A stretch of 64,000 nucleotides of DNA from Pirellulales bacterium (GTDB lineage: Bacteria; Planctomycetota; Planctomycetia; Pirellulales; JAICIG01), in assembly GCA_035532215.1 (NCBI GenBank), contig DATKRK010000359.1, forward strand, positions 5,198 to 69,197. The letters run 5' to 3'. Positions 17,964 through 28,851 of the stretch are shown here, piece by piece. The notes beneath the pieces are model-generated. The model was not told the origin of the DNA and searched no databases. It worked only from the letters and a program-made list of their open reading frames with translations. Numbering within the stretch: position 1 is the stretch's first letter; the number at the start of each line of letters is the position of its first letter. Made by a program: the position numbers and the translations under genes.

Positions 17964-20900
17964 GTCCCTCCCGGCCTTTCATTCTGCGGCCGGTCGCGAC
18001 GGTGCTGATAATGGTCGCCATTCTGTTGGCCGGGGCCGTGGCCTACCGGCAACTGCCCGTTTCTGCCTTGCCCCAGGTCGATTACCCCACGATCCAGGTC
18101 GTCACGTTCTATCCGGGCGCCAGTCCCGAGGTGATGGCCTCGTCGGTCACGGCGCCGCTGGAACGGCAATTCGGCCAGGTCCCCGGCCTCACGCAGATGA
18201 CCTCCAGCAGTTCCGAAGGCTGCTCGGTCATCACGCTCCGCTTTGCGCTCGAACTCGACATCGACGTCGCCGAGCAGCAGGTGCAGGCGGCGATCAACGC
18301 GGCGGGTACGTTTCTGCCGCCCGATCTACCCAACCCGCCGATCTACAGCAAAACGAACCCGGCCGACTCGCCGATTCTGACGCTGGCCCTGTCGAGCGAA
18401 ACGCTGCCGCTCTCGAAAGTGCAAGACCTGGCCGACACGCGGCTGGCGCAAAAAATCTCGCAGCTTTCGGGCGTGGGCATGGTCAGTCTCAGCGGCGGGC
18501 AAAAGCCGGCGATTCGCATCCAGGCCAATCCCACCTCGCTGTCGGCATTGGGCATGAACCTGGAAGATCTGCGGATGGCGCTCACGCAGGCCAGCGTGAA
18601 CCAGGCCAAGGGCAGCTTCGACGGCGACCGCCAGGCCTTCACCATCGGCGCCAACGACCAGGTGCTCACCAGCGAGCAGTATCGGCAATTGATCGTGGGC
18701 TACCGCAACGACGCCCCGATCAAGCTCTCGGACGTGGCCGACGTGATCGACGGCGCCGAGAACGAGCGGCAGGCCGCCTGGATGAACGATTCGCCGGCGG
18801 TGATTCTCAACATTCAGCGGCAGCCGGGCGCCAACATCATCGAGGTCGTCGATCGTATCAAGTCGCTGTTGCCGCAACTGCGGGCTTCGTTGCCGCCGGC
18901 GATTTCCGTCGAGATCTTGACCGACCGTACCGTAACGATTCGCGCTTCGGTCGAAGACGTGCAGTTCGAGTTGCTGCTCACCATCGGCCTGGTCGTGCTG
19001 GTGATGTTCTTGTTTCTGCGCAACGTGGCGGCCACCTTCATCCCCAGCGTGGCCGTGCCGCTGTCGCTGGTGGGCACGTTCGGCGTGATGTATCTGCTCG
19101 ACTACAGTTTGAACAACCTGACGCTGATGGCGCTGACCATCTCCACGGGCTTCGTCGTCGACGATGCGATCGTGATGATCGAAAACATCATGCGCTACGT
19201 CGAAGAAGGCGAGCCGCCCTTGGAAGCCGCGCTGAAGGGCTCGGCCCAGATCGGCTTCACGATCGTTTCGCTCAGCGTCTCGCTGATCGCGGTGCTGATC
19301 CCGCTGTTATTCATGGGCGACGTCGTCGGGCGGCTGTTCCGCGAATTCGCAGTGACCTTGAGCGTGACGATCCTGGTATCGGCCATCGTCTCGCTGACCT
19401 TGACGCCCATGATGTGCGCCAAGCTGTTGCACCACGACCCTGCCGCGGGGCACGGCTGGCTTTATCGCGGCTCGGAGTGGGCTTTCGAGGCGGTGATCTG
19501 GCTCTACGGCAAGACGCTGGGCTGGGTGCTGCGGTTTCAGACGCTGACGCTCTTGGTTGCCCTGGCCACGCTGGCCGCCACCGTCTACCTGTACTTCGTC
19601 GCGCCCAAGGGCTTCTTTCCGGTGCAGGACACGGGCGTCATCATGGGCATCTCCGAGGCGCCGCAGAGCGTTTCGTTCGCGGCCATGACCCGGCGTCAGC
19701 GGGCCTTGAATCGGGCGATCCTGACCGATCCCGCGGTCGAAAGCCTGTCGAGCTTCATCGGCATCGACGGCACGAACGTCACGGCCAACAGCGGGCGGAT
19801 TCAGATCAATCTCAAACCGCTGGAAGAACGCCGGATCACGGCCAGCGAAGTCATCCGCCGCTTGCAGCCCAAGCTGGCGGACGTGCCGGGCATCACGCTC
19901 TACATGCAGCCAGTGCAGGACCTGACGGTCGAGACGCGCGTCAGCCGCACGCAGTATCAATACAGCTTGGAAGACCCCGACGCCGACGAGTTGGGCGAGT
20001 GGGCGCCGAAGTTCGTGAACAAGCTCGCGTCGCTGCCCCAGCTTCGCGACGTCGCCAGCGACCAGCAGACTTCGGGCCTGGAAACGCGCGTCGTGATCGA
20101 TCGCGACACGGCCAGCCGACTGGGCGTCACGCCGCAGATGATCGACGACGCGTTGTACGATGCCTTCGGGCAGCGGCAGATTTCGATCCTGTTCACGCAG
20201 GTCAATCAGTACCGCGTGGTGCTGGAGGTCAAGCCCGACTTCAAGAACGAGCCTCGCGACCTGAGCCAGATTTATATTCGCCCGCCCGGCGGCGGCAAAA
20301 CGCCGCTGGCCGCGCTGGCCCGCATCGAGCAAACCACGGCGCCCTTGGCGGTGAACCGGCAGGGACAGTTTCCGGTGGTCACGGTGTCGTTCAATCTGGC
20401 GCCGGGCGTTTCGCTGGGCGAGGCGGTCGAAGCGATCTCGGCCGCCAAGCGCGAACTCGACATGCCGCCGAGCATCCAGGCCGGTTTTCAAGGCGCCGCC
20501 GAAGCGTTTCAAGGGTCGCTCAAGAATACGCCGCTGTTGATTCTAGCCGCATTGGTCACCGTGTATATCGTGCTGGGCGTATTGTACGAAAGCTACATTC
20601 ACCCAATCACGATTCTTTCCACGCTGCCTTCGGCCGGCGTCGGGGCGTTGGCGGCCTTGCTGTGGTACAAGAGCGACTTGGACGTGATCGCGCTGATCGG
20701 CATCATTCTGCTGATCGGCATCGTCAAGAAAAACGCGATCATGATGATCGACTTCGCGCTCGAAGCGCAGCGCACTGAAGGCAAGAGCCCGACCGACGCG
20801 ATTTACGAAGCCTGCCTGCTGCGCTTCCGCCCGATCATGATGACCACGCTGGCCGCGCTGTTGGGCGGCGTGCCGCTCGCGTTTGGCGGCGGCGTCGGCT

Positions 20901-21139
20901 CGGAACTGCGCAAGCCGCTGGGCGTCACGATCATCGGCGGCTTGATCTTCAGCCAGATGCTGACGCTGTACACCACGCCGGTGATTTACCTGTGGTTCGA
21001 TCGGCTGGGAAAACGATTTGGCCAAGGTAGCAGGCACACTCCGTGTGCCGTAGCCAACCCTGCGATTGAACTGCAGCGCAAGGCCGGCGACGGCACACGG
21101 AGTGTGCCTGCTACGATTCATCGCGACGGCCCGATATGA
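17960..21139 (+). CDS. mdtB: RND efflux permease (MdtB-like) with a repeat-encoded C-terminal extension
   Basis: 1059-aa ORF. It has typical AcrB/MdtB blocks ('[21 protein letters not shown]', '[16 protein letters not shown]'). The last ~30 aa are encoded by the palindromic repeat at 21027..21114. An ATGA overlap joins it to the next gene. Confidence 0.95.
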   Translation: MSPSRPFILRPVATVLIMVAILLAGAVAYRQLPVSALPQVDYPTIQVVTFYPGASPEVMASSVTAPLERQFGQVPGLTQMTSSSSEGCSVITLRFALELDIDVAEQQVQAAINAAGTFLPPDLPNPPIYSKTNPADSPILTLALSSETLPLSKVQDLADTRLAQKISQLSGVGMVSLSGGQKPAIRIQANPTSLSALGMNLEDLRMALTQASVNQAKGSFDGDRQAFTIGANDQVLTSEQYRQLIVGYRNDAPIKLSDVADVIDGAENERQAAWMNDSPAVILNIQRQPGANIIEVVDRIKSLLPQLRASLPPAISVEILTDRTVTIRASVEDVQFELLLTIGLVVLVMFLFLRNVAATFIPSVAVPLSLVGTFGVMYLLDYSLNNLTLMALTISTGFVVDDAIVMIENIMRYVEEGEPPLEAALKGSAQIGFTIVSLSVSLIAVLIPLLFMGDVVGRLFREFAVTLSVTILVSAIVSLTLTPMMCAKLLHHDPAAGHGWLYRGSEWAFEAVIWLYGKTLGWVLRFQTLTLLVALATLAATVYLYFVAPKGFFPVQDTGVIMGISEAPQSVSFAAMTRRQRALNRAILTDPAVESLSSFIGIDGTNVTANSGRIQINLKPLEERRITASEVIRRLQPKLADVPGITLYMQPVQDLTVETRVSRTQYQYSLEDPDADELGEWAPKFVNKLASLPQLRDVASDQQTSGLETRVVIDRDTASRLGVTPQMIDDALYDAFGQRQISILFTQVNQYRVVLEVKPDFKNEPRDLSQIYIRPPGGGKTPLAALARIEQTTAPLAVNRQGQFPVVTVSFNLAPGVSLGEAVEAISAAKRELDMPPSIQAGFQGAAEAFQGSLKNTPLLILAALVTVYIVLGVLYESYIHPITILSTLPSAGVGALAALLWYKSDLDVIALIGIILLIGIVKKNAIMMIDFALEAQRTEGKSPTDAIYEACLLRFRPIMMTTLAALLGGVPLAFGGGVGSELRKPLGVTIIGGLIFSQMLTLYTTPVIYLWFDRLGKRFGQGSRHTPCAVANPAIELQRKAGDGTRSVPATIHRDGPI
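21027..21114. repeat. palindromic repeat 'gtagcaggcacactccgtgtgccgt' embedded in the mdtB 3' end
   Basis: The arms at 21027-21051 and 21090-21114 are perfectly complementary over 25 nt. The whole unit lies inside the mdtB reading frame. Confidence 0.9.
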
Positions 21140-24100
21140 CCCTCTCCGAGCCGTTCATCCATCGCCCGGTGGGCACGACGCTGTTGACGGCGGCGATCAT
21201 GCTGGCCGGCGCGATCGCCTACTTTCTGCTGCCGGTGTCGCCGCTGCCACAGGTCGATTTTCCCACGATCGAAGTCACGGCCATGCTGCCCGGCGCCAAC
21301 CCCGAGACAATGGCTTCGGCGGTGGCCACGCCGCTGGAACGGCAGTTCGGGCGGATTGCTGGCATTACGGAGATGACCTCGACCAGCTACCTGGGCATGT
21401 CGCAGATCACGATTCAGTTCGAGTTGGATCGCGACATCGACGCCGCCGCTCGCGACGTGCAGGCCGCGATCAACGCCGCCCGCGGGCGCTTGCCGCCGAA
21501 CCTGCCGAGCAATCCGACCTATCGCAAGATGAACCCGGCCGACGTGGCGATCATGCTTTTGACGCTGACCAGCGACAGCCACCCCAAGGCCCGGATGTAC
21601 GACGCGGCGGCGACGATTTTGCAACAAAAGTTGTCGCAAATTCCCGGCGTAGGACAGGTGCGAATCGGCGGCGGCGCGGCGCCGGCCGTGCGCGTCGATC
21701 TCAATCCGACGATCTTGCATAACATGGGGATCGGCCTGGAAGACGTCCGCAACATGCTCGCGGCCGCCAACGCCAATCGGCCCAAGGGGCAAATCGCCGA
21801 CGACACGCGGGCCTGGTCGATCAGCACGACCGATCAGTTGCTCACGGCTAAAGAGTACCGGCCGCTGGTAGTGGCCTATCGCAACGGCGCCCCGGTGCGG
21901 CTGGCCGACGTGGCGGCGATCGACGATTCGGTGGAAGACCTGCGGGCCTTCGGCCAATACGACGGCAAGCCGGCGATCACGATCATCATCTACCGCCAGC
22001 CAGGCGCCAACATCATCGACGCGGTCGACCGCATCCGGGCCTTGTTGCCGCAGCTCGACGCCCAAATCCCCGCCCACATGGAGCTTGCGATCGCGCTCGA
22101 CCGCTCGGCCACGATCCGGGCCTCGGTGGAAGAAGTGCAATTCACGCTGATGATCTCGGTCGGGCTGGTGATTCTGGTGGTGTTCCTGTTTTTGCGCGAT
22201 TGGCGGGCCACGCTGATCCCCAGCATCGCTGTGCCGGTCTCGCTGGTGGGCACGTTCGGCGTGATGTACCTGGCCGGTTACAGCATCGACAACCTCTCGC
22301 TGATGGCCTTGACCGTGGCCACGGGCTTTGTCGTCGACGACGCGATCGTGGTCATCGAGAACATCTCGCGACACTTGGAAGCGGGCGAATCGCCGCTGGC
22401 CGCATCGATTGCGGGCGCCAAGGAGATCGGCTTCACGGTCGTCTCGATCAGCATCTCGCTGGTGGCCGTGTTCATTCCGCTGTTGTTGATGGACGGCATC
22501 ATCGGGCGGCTGTTTCGCGAGTTCGCCGTGACGCTTTCGGTGGCCGTCGGCGTGTCGCTGGTCGTCTCGCTGACGACCACGCCGATGATGTGCGCGTTGA
22601 TGCTCAAGTCGAAGGGCCAGACGCGGCACGGCCGGCTGTTCGGCTTCGGCGAGCGCGTGTTCGACCTCATGCTGGCCGTTTACGAAACGACGCTCGGCTG
22701 GGTGCTGCGGCGCCAGGCGCTGACGATGCTGGTGACGCTGGCCACGATCGGCTTTACGGTTTATCTGTACGTGATCGTGCCCAAGGGCTTCTTCCCGCAG
22801 CAAGACGCCAGCCGGCTGGTGGGCAATATCGTGGCCGATCAGGACACCTCGTTCCAGGCTATGCAGTCGATCATCCAGCGTTTCGCCGCAGCCGTCAGCG
22901 CCGACCCGGCGGTTACCGGAGTGACGGCCTATTCCGGCGGTTATAGCGGGGCGGCGAACGTGGCCCGGATGTTTGCCAGTTTGCAGCCGGTCGAAGAACG
23001 AGGTCTGAGCGCCGACGAGGTGATCGCCCGCATCCGCGGCAATCTTTCGCACATCGCAGGCGCCAATTTGTACTTGCAGCCCACGCAAGACTTGCGCGTC
23101 GGAGGGCGGTTGAGCAGCGCGCAATATCAATACACGCTCCGCGGAGACACGCTCGGCGAGCTGAACGAATGGAGCCCCAAGCTGCTCGGCGCCATGCGCG
23201 GCATTCCGGGCATGGTCGACGTCAACAGCGACCAGCAGAACAAGGGGCTGGAGGCCCGCTTGACGATCGACCGCCTAGCCGCGGCCAGGCTGGGCGTCAC
23301 GCTGGCAGACATCGATAACACGCTCTACGACGCTTTCGGCCAGCGGCAGGTATCGACCATCTACAAGCCGCTCAATCAGTACCGCGTGGTGATGGAAGTC
23401 GAACCGGCCTTCTGGCAGAATCCCGACGCCTTGCGACACATCTACGTGCGAGGGCCGACCGAGGCGCAGATTCCCTTGAGCGCGCTCTACCACTATTCTT
23501 CGGAAACGACCCCGCTGTCGGTGAACCACTCGGGGCAATTCCCCTCGGTGACGATCTCGTTCAATCTCGAACCGGGCACGTCGCTATCCGACGTCGTGCC
23601 GAAGATCGAAGACGCGGCGCTCAAGTTGGGGCTGCCCGAAACGATCCAGGGCAGCTTTCAAGGCACGGCCCAGGCGTTTCAAGATTCGCTGCGGAACCAG
23701 CCGCTACTGATTCTGGCGGCGCTGATCAGCGTGTACATCGTGCTGGGCGCGCTGTACGAAAGCTACATTCACCCGATCACGATCCTTTCCACGCTCCCTT
23801 CCGCCGGCGTCGGCGCGCTGGTGGCCTTGATGCTCTGCGGCGCCGAGTTGAACGTGATGGGCCTGATCGGCATCATCTTGTTGATCGGCATCGTCAAGAA
23901 AAACGCGATCATGATGATCGACTTCGCCCTGGAAGCCGAGCGCAAGCAGGGCAAGTCGCCCGAAGAGGCGATCTTCGAAGCCTGCCTGCTGCGTTTCCGC
24001 CCGATCACGATGACCACCATGGCCGCGCTGTTGGGCGGGCTGCCGCTGGCCTTGGGCACGGGCGCCGGATCGGAATTGCGCCGGCCGCTGGGCATTGCCA

Positions 24101-24225
24101 TCGTCGGCGGCTTGATCTTCAGCCAGATGCTGACGTTGTACACCACGCCGGTCGTCTACTTGTATCTCGACCGCTTTCGCCTCTGGTGCGCCTGGCGGCG
24201 GAACAGAGGGCCCTTGAACGCTTGA
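21136..24225 (+). CDS. mdtC: RND efflux permease (MdtC-like)
   Basis: 1029-aa ORF paralogous to the previous gene ('[21 protein letters not shown]', '[16 protein letters not shown]'). Confidence 0.95.
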   Translation: MTLSEPFIHRPVGTTLLTAAIMLAGAIAYFLLPVSPLPQVDFPTIEVTAMLPGANPETMASAVATPLERQFGRIAGITEMTSTSYLGMSQITIQFELDRDIDAAARDVQAAINAARGRLPPNLPSNPTYRKMNPADVAIMLLTLTSDSHPKARMYDAAATILQQKLSQIPGVGQVRIGGGAAPAVRVDLNPTILHNMGIGLEDVRNMLAAANANRPKGQIADDTRAWSISTTDQLLTAKEYRPLVVAYRNGAPVRLADVAAIDDSVEDLRAFGQYDGKPAITIIIYRQPGANIIDAVDRIRALLPQLDAQIPAHMELAIALDRSATIRASVEEVQFTLMISVGLVILVVFLFLRDWRATLIPSIAVPVSLVGTFGVMYLAGYSIDNLSLMALTVATGFVVDDAIVVIENISRHLEAGESPLAASIAGAKEIGFTVVSISISLVAVFIPLLLMDGIIGRLFREFAVTLSVAVGVSLVVSLTTTPMMCALMLKSKGQTRHGRLFGFGERVFDLMLAVYETTLGWVLRRQALTMLVTLATIGFTVYLYVIVPKGFFPQQDASRLVGNIVADQDTSFQAMQSIIQRFAAAVSADPAVTGVTAYSGGYSGAANVARMFASLQPVEERGLSADEVIARIRGNLSHIAGANLYLQPTQDLRVGGRLSSAQYQYTLRGDTLGELNEWSPKLLGAMRGIPGMVDVNSDQQNKGLEARLTIDRLAAARLGVTLADIDNTLYDAFGQRQVSTIYKPLNQYRVVMEVEPAFWQNPDALRHIYVRGPTEAQIPLSALYHYSSETTPLSVNHSGQFPSVTISFNLEPGTSLSDVVPKIEDAALKLGLPETIQGSFQGTAQAFQDSLRNQPLLILAALISVYIVLGALYESYIHPITILSTLPSAGVGALVALMLCGAELNVMGLIGIILLIGIVKKNAIMMIDFALEAERKQGKSPEEAIFEACLLRFRPITMTTMAALLGGLPLALGTGAGSELRRPLGIAIVGGLIFSQMLTLYTTPVVYLYLDRFRLWCAWRRNRGPLNA

Positions 24226-24460
24226 GCGCCACGTGCTGGCCGAGGGTCAGGGCGTTCACGAGATGTACCTGCTGCCTGAACGTGCGGCCGGCGGGGTGGA
24301 CGCTGTTCGCGGCCGATTAAATCCAGCCTCAGAAATTTCCCCAGATGAAGACGCATCTGGCGAGCTGGAAGATTTCGCCGCTGCGATAATCTCCGCACTT
24401 CGAGCGTTTTTTCTCTCTCGCGCGTGTTCGCTGGCTCGCTCGCGCTCGGCGACAATCAGG

Positions 24461-24489
24461 TTGACCGTTTTTTTGGGAAACGATAGAAT
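24461..24489 (+). promoter_or_regulatory. putative strong sigma70-type promoter upstream of ispE-spoVG
   Basis: TTGACC (24461-24466), a 17-nt spacer, then TAGAAT (24484-24489). It lies about 145 nt upstream of the ispE ATG. Confidence 0.5.
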
Positions 24490-24633
24490 CCCCGATGAAC
24501 CATCAGGGTGTTTCATTCTGTTGGGTTCGCGGCATCATTCGAAGTTCGTCGGTTCCGACAACCCATATACGTTCAGTTTGGCGGGCAGATAACGGCCCGC
24601 TCCCAAGGCGGGGAAAGAGCAGCAGCGCGTAGG

Positions 24634-25566
24634 ATGCACGTTCGCTCGACCGCGACAGGACTCGAAGTCCTGGCTCCGGCAAAACTCAATTTGTTTTTAG
24701 AGGTGCTCGGCAAGCGCGACGACGGCTTTCATGAGATCGAAACTCTCATGGCGCCGATCGGCTTGTACGACACGCTTTATTTCCAGAACGATCCTTCCGG
24801 AAGGATTCAACTCGCCTGCGAGTCGGTCGACCCGCAGCGCTCGGCCGATCTCGGCGAGCCACTGCCTGAAACGATACTGCCTGAAACGATACTGCCCGAA
24901 GGACCGCAAAACATCGTGTTCCGCGCGATCGACTTAATCCGCCGTCGCTGCCAGATCGCCTCGGGCGCCCAGGTGCGTCTCGTGAAGCGGATTCCGATGG
25001 CGGCGGGTTTGGCGGGCGGGTCGAGCGACGCCGCGGCCGCACTGGTCGCCGCCAATCGCGTTTGGGGGCTGAACCTTCCGGCCAGCGAGCTGGCGCCGCT
25101 GGCGGCGGAACTGGGCAGCGACGTGCCATTCTTTTTGGAACCCGGCGCCGCGATCTGCCGCGGCCGGGGCGAACGGATCGAGCGCGTGGCGGGCCTGGGC
25201 TCGCTATCGTTCGTCGTCGTCAAGCCGCCCGCGGGCCTGTCGACGGCGGCGGTCTATCGGGCTTGCCGGCCGCCGGAGCGAGCGAAGTCGGCGGCGCCGC
25301 TGGTCGCGGCGCTTCGCGCGGGTCGCTTGCACGAGGCCGTCGGTTGGTTCCACAACGCTTTGCAAGCCGCCGCCGAACAACTCTCGCCGTGGATCGCGCG
25401 GCTGGCGCACGAGTTTACGCGGCTCGATTTTCTAGGGCATCGCATGAGCGGCAGCGGCACGAGTTATTTCGGCCTGGCGCGGCACTTCCGGCACGCGCGG
25501 CGCTTGGCCGCCTGTCTGCAAACCAGGGGCTTGGGGCGCGTCTACGTCGTTCGAGGTACGTGTTGA
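24634..25566 (+). CDS. ispE: 4-diphosphocytidyl-2-C-methyl-D-erythritol kinase
   Basis: '[26 protein letters not shown]' and the GHMP-kinase loop '[15 protein letters not shown]'. I moved the start to the ATG at 24634. Confidence 0.93.
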   Translation: MHVRSTATGLEVLAPAKLNLFLEVLGKRDDGFHEIETLMAPIGLYDTLYFQNDPSGRIQLACESVDPQRSADLGEPLPETILPETILPEGPQNIVFRAIDLIRRRCQIASGAQVRLVKRIPMAAGLAGGSSDAAAALVAANRVWGLNLPASELAPLAAELGSDVPFFLEPGAAICRGRGERIERVAGLGSLSFVVVKPPAGLSTAAVYRACRPPERAKSAAPLVAALRAGRLHEAVGWFHNALQAAAEQLSPWIARLAHEFTRLDFLGHRMSGSGTSYFGLARHFRHARRLAACLQTRGLGRVYVVRGTC

Positions 25567-25589
25567 TCCAGCAGCGAAGGAGAACGGCT

Positions 25590-26264
25590 GTGGAAATCAC
25601 CGAGGTGCGCATTAAATTGATGGAGGATGCCGGAGAGCGGTTGCAAGGGTTCTGCTCGATCACCTTCGACGACTGCTTCGTAGTTCGCGACCTGAAAATC
25701 ATCGGCGGGGCCAGCGGGCCGTTCGTGGCCATGCCCAGTCGCAAGCTCACGGCGCATTGCCCGCAGTGCGGCTGCAAAAACCACCTCCGAGCGGCTTATT
25801 GCAACCAGTGCGGCGGCCGGCTGAAGGAAGACCGCGCCGGCAAGGACGACGACGGCCGCGCCAAGCTGTACGCCGACATCGCCCATCCGATCAATTCCGC
25901 CTGCCGCGAGATGATCCAGGAGCGAGTCATCCTGGCTTTTCGCGAAGAGCAGGAGCGCGCCAAGCTGCCGGGCTACATTTCCAGCTACGACGACTTCGAC
26001 GAGGAGGCGGCCCCTTCGCGATCTCCCGAGCGAGCGCCGAATCGCAGGCCGTGCGAGCCGAAACCGGCGGCCGCTCGCCAGCCGGGCGCCGAAAAAAGCG
26101 TGCTTGAGAAAAGCGGGCCTGAAAAGAGCGGCGAACGGCTCGAAAAGACCAAGGTGCAGCCCGCCGAAAGCGAGCCGCGCGCGCCGCATAAAGCCCCGGC
26201 TTCGCAACCGGCCAGCCATACTCCGCCGGAGCACAGCGGCGGCTTCGGCGCGGGGATTTGGTAA
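25590..26264 (+). CDS. spoVG: SpoVG-family protein with inserted CxxC..CxxC zinc ribbon and a long C-terminal tail
   Basis: The GTG at 25590 is preceded by 'gaaggaga'. '[37 protein letters not shown]...FVAMPSRK' and '[19 protein letters not shown]' are SpoVG blocks. '[22 protein letters not shown]' lies between them. Confidence 0.9.
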   Translation: MEITEVRIKLMEDAGERLQGFCSITFDDCFVVRDLKIIGGASGPFVAMPSRKLTAHCPQCGCKNHLRAAYCNQCGGRLKEDRAGKDDDGRAKLYADIAHPINSACREMIQERVILAFREEQERAKLPGYISSYDDFDEEAAPSRSPERAPNRRPCEPKPAAARQPGAEKSVLEKSGPEKSGERLEKTKVQPAESEPRAPHKAPASQPASHTPPEHSGGFGAGIW

Positions 26265-26277
26265 CGGGCGACCGATT

Positions 26278-27942
26278 TTAGCGGCCGACTTGTTCGACGG
26301 CCTCGGCGGCGGCGCGACGCACGGCCTCGTCGGGATCATCGGCGAGTTGCTCCAGCGCTGCTTTCGCTGAAGCCGCCTGAGAGCCGAGCTTGCCCAGGGC
26401 CAAGACCGCTTCGAGCCGGACCAGCGGTCGCGAATCTTCGAGCGCCTTCGTCAGTCCGGGGACGGCCGCCTTCACGATTTGCTGGTCGCCGGGCGTGATT
26501 TGCAACAGCGCCCAGAGCGTGACCATGCGCAACGTTTCGTCGTCGCCATTCAACTGCCCCCGCAGCGCACTCATGGCTCCCTTGGCCGCCGCGCCGGCCT
26601 TGCCCAGGGCGTAGGTCGCCGTGCGGCGCACGCGGTCGTTTTCGCTATTGAGCATCGCCGTGCACTTTTTGACGACGGCCGGGTCTTGCGGGCCGATGAG
26701 AGCGATCGCCACGAGCGCTTCGGCGTGAAAGTCGTCGGCGCTCGAACGTTCGGTCGAAGTCGCGTCGTCGAGCGCCGCCAACAAGGCGGGCAGCGCCGCC
26801 TTGGCCGGCGGTCCGATCCGCGCCAGGATCGCCGCGCTGGCGTCGCGGAAATTGGGATTCTTCAAGCCCTTCACGAGATCCGGCGTCGCGCTTGCGCCCA
26901 GCGCCGCGACCGCTTCGACGATGTTCCCTCGCACCGCCGGATCGTCGTCGGCCAGCGCGGCGAGAAGCGCCGGCCGCACGAGCTCCGGATCGGGCCTGAG
27001 TTCGACCAGGGCGCGGGCGGCGGCCTGGCGCACGTACTTGTCGTCCGATTTGAGCGACGCGACCAATTGCTCGGCGGCTTCTCGCATCAGCACTTTGCTG
27101 TCGGGCGAAATCTTGGCTAGGCCCCAAACGGCGATCGTCTTGAGCATCGGATCGTCGCTGCGGCGGGCCTGTTTGAGCGCCTCGGCGCCGGCGGGCGAAG
27201 CAATGTCTCCCAAGGCGTAGGCGGCCGCGTATTGCACGGCCGGTTGCTCGACTTTGAGGAACGGCGTGATCTCGGCGACCGCCGGAGCCGCGTCGGGGCC
27301 GATCTTGCCCAGCGTGATTAGCGCCTGCACCTGGATTTCGGTGCGGTCGTCCGACAAGACTTTGACCAGCGCCGGCACGGCGCTTTTGGCTTTAGCACCG
27401 GCCTCGCCCAGCGCCAGACAGGCCCAATAGCAGGCGCGCTCGTTTTTCAGAGCATTGGTCAGGCCCGCGATCGCCTTATCGCCGCCCAGTTCGGCGATCG
27501 TATCGATCACCAGCATCGCTCCCTGCGGATCGGCCTGTTCCAGAATCTTGACCATGATCGGCAGCATGACTTCTGCGCCCGGCTTCAACCGCCGCAACGA
27601 TCGAACGGCCATGCCGCGGACGCGCGCCTCGGAGTCGGTCAGCAACTTCGCCAAGGCGCCCACGGTCTCGGCGTCGACCTTTTCCAGCTTGCCCAAAGCC
27701 AAAGCGGCGTACGACCGCACGAAGGGATCGCGATCGCCGAGGGCTTTGGTAAGCTCCGCGGTCGCAATCGCGATTTTCTCGCCTTCGAGCCGGGAGATTC
27801 CGCGAGCCGCCTCGATCCGAGCCTGGGCGTCGTCGCTGGAAAGCGAACGCAGCAGCGATTCGACGCTGCGATCGGCGGCGACCGCGGCGTTGGCGGCGAT
27901 GGCCAAGAGCAACGGCATCAGCAACCTGGCGCTACGACTCAT
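26278..27942 (-). CDS. exported HEAT-repeat protein
   Basis: Signal peptide 'MSRSARLLMPLLLAIAANAAVA' followed by many repeats of the form 'D..VR..AA.ALG.IG' (HEAT/PBS-lyase type). Confidence 0.88.
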   Translation of the reverse strand: MSRSARLLMPLLLAIAANAAVAADRSVESLLRSLSSDDAQARIEAARGISRLEGEKIAIATAELTKALGDRDPFVRSYAALALGKLEKVDAETVGALAKLLTDSEARVRGMAVRSLRRLKPGAEVMLPIMVKILEQADPQGAMLVIDTIAELGGDKAIAGLTNALKNERACYWACLALGEAGAKAKSAVPALVKVLSDDRTEIQVQALITLGKIGPDAAPAVAEITPFLKVEQPAVQYAAAYALGDIASPAGAEALKQARRSDDPMLKTIAVWGLAKISPDSKVLMREAAEQLVASLKSDDKYVRQAAARALVELRPDPELVRPALLAALADDDPAVRGNIVEAVAALGASATPDLVKGLKNPNFRDASAAILARIGPPAKAALPALLAALDDATSTERSSADDFHAEALVAIALIGPQDPAVVKKCTAMLNSENDRVRRTATYALGKAGAAAKGAMSALRGQLNGDDETLRMVTLWALLQITPGDQQIVKAAVPGLTKALEDSRPLVRLEAVLALGKLGSQAASAKAALEQLADDPDEAVRRAAAEAVEQVGR

Positions 27943-28023
27943 GGACTCATCCTTAAAGCTTTGGCAGATTGAATTCAGTTGGAAGAAGGCGCGCCAAGAA
28001 AACCGTCGAGAACATTTCCGTCC

Positions 28024-28647
28024 CTAAAGCGAAGCGCCTTCGCGCGACAATCGCTCGACGAATCGCCGGGCCGTCATGTAATCGCCCGACGGGTATTCCC
28101 TCAGCCGTTTCTTCAGTTCGGCGGCGAGTTGTTTCGACGAATCGGCGATGGCGTTGGCCTGCTGGATCGAGATGTTTCCGCCTTCCTCGGCGCGCTCGGC
28201 GAACAACGCGTCGAGCTTCTGGCGCAAGGGCTCGTAATCCTCTTGGCGCAGCACGCTCGGCCAGGCGACCTGCCCGGTGACCGGATCGAGCTCCTCGTCG
28301 CTCAAGGGAACCGGCGGTGCGCTCTTGGCCAACGACGCCAATCGCTGGCTGCTGAGGCCCGGTTTGCGAGTGGAATCGACGTAAGACTGGTGCATTCGCT
28401 TTTTGGCGTAATACGTCTCGGTCAACTTGATCTGGTTGTCGAGATACGCGGAACGCGCTTGCTCCAAATTGATGGCCGCGGCCGAATTCATCCAGTTGGC
28501 GGCGCCCGCCGAATAGATGACGGCGGCCATGCCCATCGCGTAGCCTTCCGCGGGCGTACTGGCGAAATAACCGCCATACCACTGTGCGGATGCCGGCGCA
28601 GCACACGCCGCAACGAGCAAGACCAAGGAACCGGCGAAATACTTCAT
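28024..28647 (-). CDS. exported hypothetical protein
   Basis: I moved the start to 28647 ('MKYFAGSLVLLVAACAAPASA', a signal peptide). The body is helical/charged. No family recognised. Confidence 0.7.
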   Translation of the reverse strand: MKYFAGSLVLLVAACAAPASAQWYGGYFASTPAEGYAMGMAAVIYSAGAANWMNSAAAINLEQARSAYLDNQIKLTETYYAKKRMHQSYVDSTRKPGLSSQRLASLAKSAPPVPLSDEELDPVTGQVAWPSVLRQEDYEPLRQKLDALFAERAEEGGNISIQQANAIADSSKQLAAELKKRLREYPSGDYMTARRFVERLSREGASL

Positions 28648-28851
28648 GGCTGGGAGTCTCGACAACAAGCGGCGAATTTCGAATTGCACGCGGCCAAATC
28701 CAGACCGCTCTTCGCACAACGTCAGGGGCTCGGCAGGCCAGCGACGCTGGCGGAGGTGACTCAGATTGCAGAATCAAACCCTACTCTTATAGGCCGGACC
28801 GTGCAGGCAGGCAAGCAAAAACTTGGCGAGAATCGCGTAAAACGCGACGGC

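Noticed and set aside
17836-20778. 980-aa alternative-frame ORF inside mdtB, 670-aa antisense ORF 21118..23130 inside mdtC, and similar shadow ORFs throughout (e.g. 41..1297, 673..1845, 19307..20512, 59361..60779, 60837..61811)
   Set aside because: All have Arg/Ala/Gly/Pro-rich junk translations and overlap genes with unambiguous family motifs in another frame.
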